A DNA stretch of 64,000 nucleotides from Spirochaetota bacterium (GTDB taxonomy: Bacteria; Spirochaetota; UBA4802; JAFGDQ01): assembly GCA_043803405.1 (NCBI GenBank), contig JAZDKB010000015.1, positions 174,780-238,779 on the forward strand. Reading direction: 5' to 3'. The first letter of the stretch is position 1; every line of letters starts with the position of its first letter. Shown in pieces: positions 59,069 through 64,000 of the stretch. Under the pieces are notes generated by a model, which worked only from the letters and a program-made list of their open reading frames with translations, was not told the DNA's origin and searched no databases. Position numbers and translations under genes: made by a program.

Positions 59069-62000
59069 TTATGGGACTTCCGTCAGTTCATCTGCTATCA
59101 GCTCAGCCTGTTTTAGAACTGTTTCTGTTGCAAGCTTCTGCATATCCGGCGGATAGCCGTACTGGCGCAGTATGCGTTTAACTATGACTTTTAGTTTTGC
59201 TTTTACGCTTTCTTTAATTGTCCAGTCAATGGAAGCATTCTCTTTTACTTTCTGAAAAAGGACAACAGCAAGCTCCCTTAGCTTATCCTGCTCCATTACT
59301 TTTCTTGCGCTTTCATTGTTTGCAATAGCAGTATAAAACGCATATTCCTGCTCGGACAAATTCATTTCTTCAGCTGCTTTGTCCATGCTCTTTATTTCTT
59401 TTGAAAGTTCTATGAGTTCTTCTATTACTTCTGCAGCAGTAAGAATTTTATTGTGGTATTTCTTAATGGAATTTTCCAGCATTTCCATGAGCGTCTTGCC
59501 CTGAACAAGGTTTTTCTTAACTCTGGATTTAATTTCATCATCAAGCAGTTTCCTCAGGGTTTCAAGAGCGATGTTCTTATGCTCCATGTTCTTGACTTCG
59601 AGCAAAAACTCTTCAGAAAGAATTGAAATGTCGGGTTTCTTAATACCTGCTGCATCGAATACATCTATGACTTTTTCTGTAACAAGGGCTTTGTCAATTA
59701 CCTGATGAATTGCTGTCTCGATTTCATCGTCGGTAAAACCGGAACCGGTGCTGTCGAACTTGGCGAGTCTTGATTTCACTGCCTGGAAAAAGGCTACTTC
59801 GTCTTTAACATCCATTGCCTGTTCATGCGGGATTGCAATAGCAAATGCTCTGGATAGCGCTGTCACTTGATCTATGTATCTCTTCCTGCCGTCATCTATT
59901 GTGAGTATATGCTCTTCAGCAGAAAGAATAAGCGAGAGCTTCCTTCCTGTTTCAGCTTCAAAATAGTCCTCGTAAGCAAATCCATGAAACATCTGGGAAA
60001 CGACTTCAAGCTTTTCAAGCATAAGCTGTACTGCCTGTTCCTGTGCAACGGCCGGGTCGCCTTTGCCGCCGGAGTTGGAATAGAAAGAAAGAGCTTCTTT
60101 AAGGTCGGATGCTATTCCAAGATAATCTACTATTAGGCCGCCTTCTTTATCCTTGTACACACGGTTAACGCGAGCAATTGCCTGCATCAGGTTATGGCCT
60201 TTCATGGGCTTATCAATGTATAGAGTATGGAGCGATGGAACATCGAAACCAGTCAGCCACATATCGCATACAACCACTATCTTTAAATCATCTTCGGGAT
60301 CTTTCATGCGATCTGCTAGAGTTCTGCGCTGATCTTTAGTGGTGTGATGCCTGGAGATTTCAGGACCGTCGGATGAAGCTGAGGTCATTACTACTTTTAT
60401 TGTGCCTTTGCTGAGTTCTTTGTTGTGCCATTCTGGTCTTAATTTAATTATTTCATCATATAGTTTAGCAGCTATACGACGTGACATGGTTACTATCATT
60501 GCCTTGCCGTCTATAACTTCCTGACGAAGTTCAAAATGAGTAACAATATCTTTTGCTATTTTTTTAATGCGATCTTCGCTGCCAACAAGGGCTTCAAGCT
60601 GTGTCCATTTCGCTTTTTCTTTTTGCGTTACGCTTAGTTCATCTCCCAGCTCATCATCGAGTTCCTTAACCAGTTCTTTTCCTTTATCACTGAGATTAAT
60701 CTTTGCAAGCCTGCTTTCGTAATAGATGCGAACAGTTGCGCCGTCCTCTACTGACTGAGCAATATCGTAAACATCAACATAGTTGCCGAATACTGCCGGT
60801 GTATTAATATCTGTCTTTTCTATTGGTGTGCCGGTAAATCCCAGGTACGTTGCATTGGGCAATGCGTCGCGCATATACTTTGCAAAACCATAGACGATTT
60901 TTTTTCCTATAACATTTCTGTTTTCATCTTTAACATCAATATGTTTTGCGCTAAATCCGTATTGCGTTCTATGCGCTTCGTCTGCAATAACAATGATGTT
61001 TCTGCGGTCAGACATCTTTTCAAAAACATTGCCTTCTTCCGGCTGGAACTTTTGAATAGTGGTAAACACAACTCCGCCGGATGCAACCTTCAGGAGTTCT
61101 TTCAGGTGATCTCTATTTTCTGCTTGAACGGGCTCTTGCCTTAACAGCTGTTTCGATGCTGCAAACGTATCGAATAACTGATCGTCCAGATCATTGCGGT
61201 CTGTAATTACAACGATTGTGGGATTATCCATTACGAGAACAATTTTACCGGTGTAGAAAACCATTGAGAGCGACTTGCCGCTCCCCTGCGTGTGCCAGAC
61301 TACGCCGCCTTTTTTATCGCCAACAGGTTGCGAGTAAACGCCGGGAACTCCGTAGCTTTTCGGGTCTTGTGCTACCATGAAGGTGGGATTATCTTTCTTT
61401 GTGTTTGCAACATATCCCGACGCCCTGAGCGTTGATTCTACTGCACGGTTTACTGCGTAATACTGATGATATCCTGCTAATTTCTTTTCTATTTGAATAA
61501 ATGTCTGTCTGGTTACTTTATCTTCCTTTTTCGATTCTTCGAATACTATGAAATGGCGGATCAGATCAAGTAGCGTTTTCTTTGTCAGCATTCCTTTTAT
61601 CAGAGTTTCCAGCTGGCCTATAAGAGTTGAGGCTTCTGTTTTTCCGTCTGAGGTTTTCCATGCCATGAATCTGCTTAAACCTGAGGAGATTGTGCCTGCT
61701 TTTGCTTCTAACCCGTCGGAAATTATCAGAAAGCCATTGTACGTAAAAAGAGTCGGTATTGCCTGTTTATATGTCTGGAGCTGCTTAAAGGCGGAATGTA
61801 CTGTGGCGTTTTCATCAGCGGGATTTTTTAGTTCTATCACGACAAGGGGCAATCCATTTATATACAGGATTACATCCGGTCGTTTGTTAACGTGGTTTTC
61901 AATTACTGTTAACTGGTTAAGTACAGTAAAGTCATTGTTTTCCGGGTCGTTAAAATCTACAAGCCAGACAAGATCGCCGCGGCTGTTGCCGCCTTTCTGG

Positions 62001-62302
62001 TATGTTACATTGATTCCCTCGGTCAGCATTCTATGAAAGGTTTCGTTATTATTAATGAGTTCAGGTGAATTGATGCGTTGTAATTGTTTTATGGCGTCGT
62101 CACGGATATCTGCAGGGATTTTAGGATTGATTCTGGCAATGGCTCTTTTGAGTTTATCGGGCAATAGAACTTCTTCAAAGGATTTGCGGGCAGGGGTTTC
62201 GCTGTCTGGGGCAATATCCGGGCCGTATATGTAACTGTAGCCTTGTTTTTCAAGGAGGGCAATGGAGTATTGTTCGATGGAGGATTCGGTGATTTTATGC
62301 AT
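59069..62302 (-). CDS. hsdR: type I restriction endonuclease subunit R
   Basis: PD...INGLPLVVIELK nuclease motif, HTQGSGKS, DEAHR, FTGTP, LTGFD and QAIARVNR. Confidence 0.95.
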   Translation of the reverse strand: MHKITESSIEQYSIALLEKQGYSYIYGPDIAPDSETPARKSFEEVLLPDKLKRAIARINPKIPADIRDDAIKQLQRINSPELINNNETFHRMLTEGINVTYQKGGNSRGDLVWLVDFNDPENNDFTVLNQLTVIENHVNKRPDVILYINGLPLVVIELKNPADENATVHSAFKQLQTYKQAIPTLFTYNGFLIISDGLEAKAGTISSGLSRFMAWKTSDGKTEASTLIGQLETLIKGMLTKKTLLDLIRHFIVFEESKKEDKVTRQTFIQIEKKLAGYHQYYAVNRAVESTLRASGYVANTKKDNPTFMVAQDPKSYGVPGVYSQPVGDKKGGVVWHTQGSGKSLSMVFYTGKIVLVMDNPTIVVITDRNDLDDQLFDTFAASKQLLRQEPVQAENRDHLKELLKVASGGVVFTTIQKFQPEEGNVFEKMSDRRNIIVIADEAHRTQYGFSAKHIDVKDENRNVIGKKIVYGFAKYMRDALPNATYLGFTGTPIEKTDINTPAVFGNYVDVYDIAQSVEDGATVRIYYESRLAKINLSDKGKELVKELDDELGDELSVTQKEKAKWTQLEALVGSEDRIKKIAKDIVTHFELRQEVIDGKAMIVTMSRRIAAKLYDEIIKLRPEWHNKELSKGTIKVVMTSASSDGPEISRHHTTKDQRRTLADRMKDPEDDLKIVVVCDMWLTGFDVPSLHTLYIDKPMKGHNLMQAIARVNRVYKDKEGGLIVDYLGIASDLKEALSFYSNSGGKGDPAVAQEQAVQLMLEKLEVVSQMFHGFAYEDYFEAETGRKLSLILSAEEHILTIDDGRKRYIDQVTALSRAFAIAIPHEQAMDVKDEVAFFQAVKSRLAKFDSTGSGFTDDEIETAIHQVIDKALVTEKVIDVFDAAGIKKPDISILSEEFLLEVKNMEHKNIALETLRKLLDDEIKSRVKKNLVQGKTLMEMLENSIKKYHNKILTAAEVIEELIELSKEIKSMDKAAEEMNLSEQEYAFYTAIANNESARKVMEQDKLRELAVVLFQKVKENASIDWTIKESVKAKLKVIVKRILRQYGYPPDMQKLATETVLKQAELIADELTEVP

Positions 62303-62303
62303 G

Positions 62304-63862
62304 TTAATTGCTTGTTATTAACTTCTCAACAATTTGAAATATTGGCTCAAAATATCTAAAATCACTTTTTATAAAGTTACTTGTTGAATTTGCAAAAGCT
62401 GATTTTTTTTCATCCTTGATTTTTATTATTCTTCCACCACCAGGAATTTCAATTTCTTCAGTAAAACCATGTAGTTTAGAATCATCAAACAGTAATTCTA
62501 TACATAATCTAGATGCTTTCCCATAAGATTGTTTAGCATAGTCAGTCCGGTGTGCAGGGACTGGCAGTAAGAAAACATAACCTTTATGTTTTTTATGTTT
62601 TGCTAGAAGACCTTTTTGCGAATCATTTTCAATTTGCTCCCAGACTTTATCGTTATTATTTTTCTGTTCTAGTAATTTATTCCAATTTTCAAATGCTTCA
62701 TCAAAATCTAGCATACCTAAAAATATATTGTTTCTATTATTTCTAAAAATGTCGCCTCTTAGAAAAGTATTTCCTATGAAAGATCTATCAAATGCTTGTT
62801 GAATTTTAAATGGAATTTTACTGCCATTTTTCAATTTATTCCAAGCGTTTTCCAAAATTATCTTATCTGTTGGTCCTTCAATAAATAATACCGGTTTAGT
62901 TTCATTCTTTAAGTCATTTATCGTCTCTAATAATAAAGAATTTTCTTCTAATTTTTCTTTAATATAAGGTGAAATTATATGTAAGAGTCCCATGTCTTTA
63001 TCAATATTTTTTATTTCATTCGGATCAATTTTAGTAAATTCCGTAATACTATTATCTACATTTTTTAAGGTATTATACATTATGGTTTCTTTCTGATTTT
63101 TCCCTATTGTATAAAAAGCAGGTGAATGTGTAGTAAGAAAAATTTGTATGTAATCTGAATAGTTTTCAAAATTTTTTGCCAATTCGAATGCTTGGAACAT
63201 TTCCAAATTATTTTCAGGTTCTTCGTAACCCCAAATAGTATCACTTCTCACAGCACCTTTCGCGTGGTGAATCCGTTCTTTTTCAGCCAAAAATTTCAAT
63301 ATTACAGGAACATGTCTTACTTTTATTCCATCGCCTCTATGTTTTAAAGAAATAGTCCGTCCTGTTATCTGGGTCTCAAAATCAAGAATTGAGAATATAG
63401 TCGAAAGATCTTCTGGTAACTGAATTTTACTTTCAAACGAAAGTTTTTCTAATAATTCTCTCGATAAAAGATCTGTGTGGTGTCTAATTTCATTAACAAA
63501 ATTAGTACCTGCTGTTTGCAAGTCAGACTTTAATACTGAATATAATGTCTCGTATAATTTTTTTAAAAGTTCACTAAAGTAATCATTTCCTTTAATCGCT
63601 GGAACATAATGGAATTGAAGCCTTTTTAACCATAGTTTAACTCTTGATCTATCAGTTATTGCAGAACCATTTGCATATTTAGTTACTTCACTATACAATC
63701 CGATTTCACGCCACTTTTTAATCCATATTATTTTTTTTGAATGTCCTTTAAATGTATCCGGTGGAGTAAGGAAAATACGAATTTCAATCTCTTTTGCTTT
63801 ATGTTTCTTGGTAACTGTAAATTTTGAATAATCTGTTTCAAAATTATATTTTTGTCCTAAAT
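62304..63862 (-). pseudogene. ABC/AAA ATPase-TOPRIM (OLD-like) gene, 5' end cut off by IS256 insertion
   Basis: RGDG, YEEPENNL, LTTHSP, TOPRIM FIEGPTD and LDFD. The frame stays open past 63698 (LGQKYNFETDYSKF...) up to the IS end, with no Walker A inside the window. Confidence 0.75.
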
Positions 63863-64000
63863 GAGAGTGTAAAAAAGATTGTGTAAACAGCCATAGAATA
63901 AATAATTGAAGACAGAGGAGAAGAAAATGGCTGAAGGAAAAGAAATAGTAGAAGAACTGTTAAAGCAGATAGATTTTAAGAATTTAACAGTAAATCAGAT
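63863..64000 (+). mobile_element. IS256-family element, left end
   Basis: GAGAGTGTAAAAAAGATTGTGTAAACAG resembles IS256-family terminal IRs, followed by an RBS and transposase start. Confidence 0.75.
63927..64000 (+). CDS. IS256-family transposase N-terminus (partial)
   Basis: GAGGAG RBS; MAEGKEIVEELLKQIDFKNLTVNQ. Confidence 0.65.
   Translation, partial: MAEGKEIVEELLKQIDFKNLTVNQ

Noticed and set aside
1..64000. tRNA, rRNA, reverse transcriptase or recombinase genes that might explain the repeats
   Set aside because: No cloverleaf, rRNA-like sequence, RT, tyrosine/serine recombinase or HUH motif was recognised; the only mobility gene seen is the partial IS256 transposase.

Overview
AT-rich (visibly <40% GC) chromosomal segment of a diderm, probably anaerobic bacterium; the gene content suggests Spirochaetota, but that is an inference. 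From left to right it holds: a partial aspartate ammonia-lyase; a multi-subunit [FeFe]-hydrogenase operon whose NuoF-like subunit is fused to a GltD/NfnL-like flavoprotein, with DRTGG, PHP, HATPase and anti-sigma accessory genes and a two-component system; envelope and housekeeping genes (LysM, alr, OmpA, recC, RluA, P-type ATPase, hrpA, efp); many accessory genes; and, from about 53 to 64 kb, a defence-type region. That region is a co-oriented series of toxin-antitoxin and small-gene cassettes separated by 150-330 bp GC-rich repeats, followed by type I R-M hsdR and an ATPase-TOPRIM gene cut by an IS256-family element. The most striking unannotated signal is a 57-bp two-hairpin module with at least 13 copies. 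Its stems covary, while its loops nearly always read CANGGANG or CAGGANG, the CsrA/RsmA-binding consensus. It occurs in three settings: nested inside an opposite-strand copy of itself in the cassette-separating repeats; as a clean filled/empty-site pair; and as three tandem in-frame copies inside hrpA. No rRNA, tRNA or CRISPR array was seen. All family calls come from motif recognition, not database searches.
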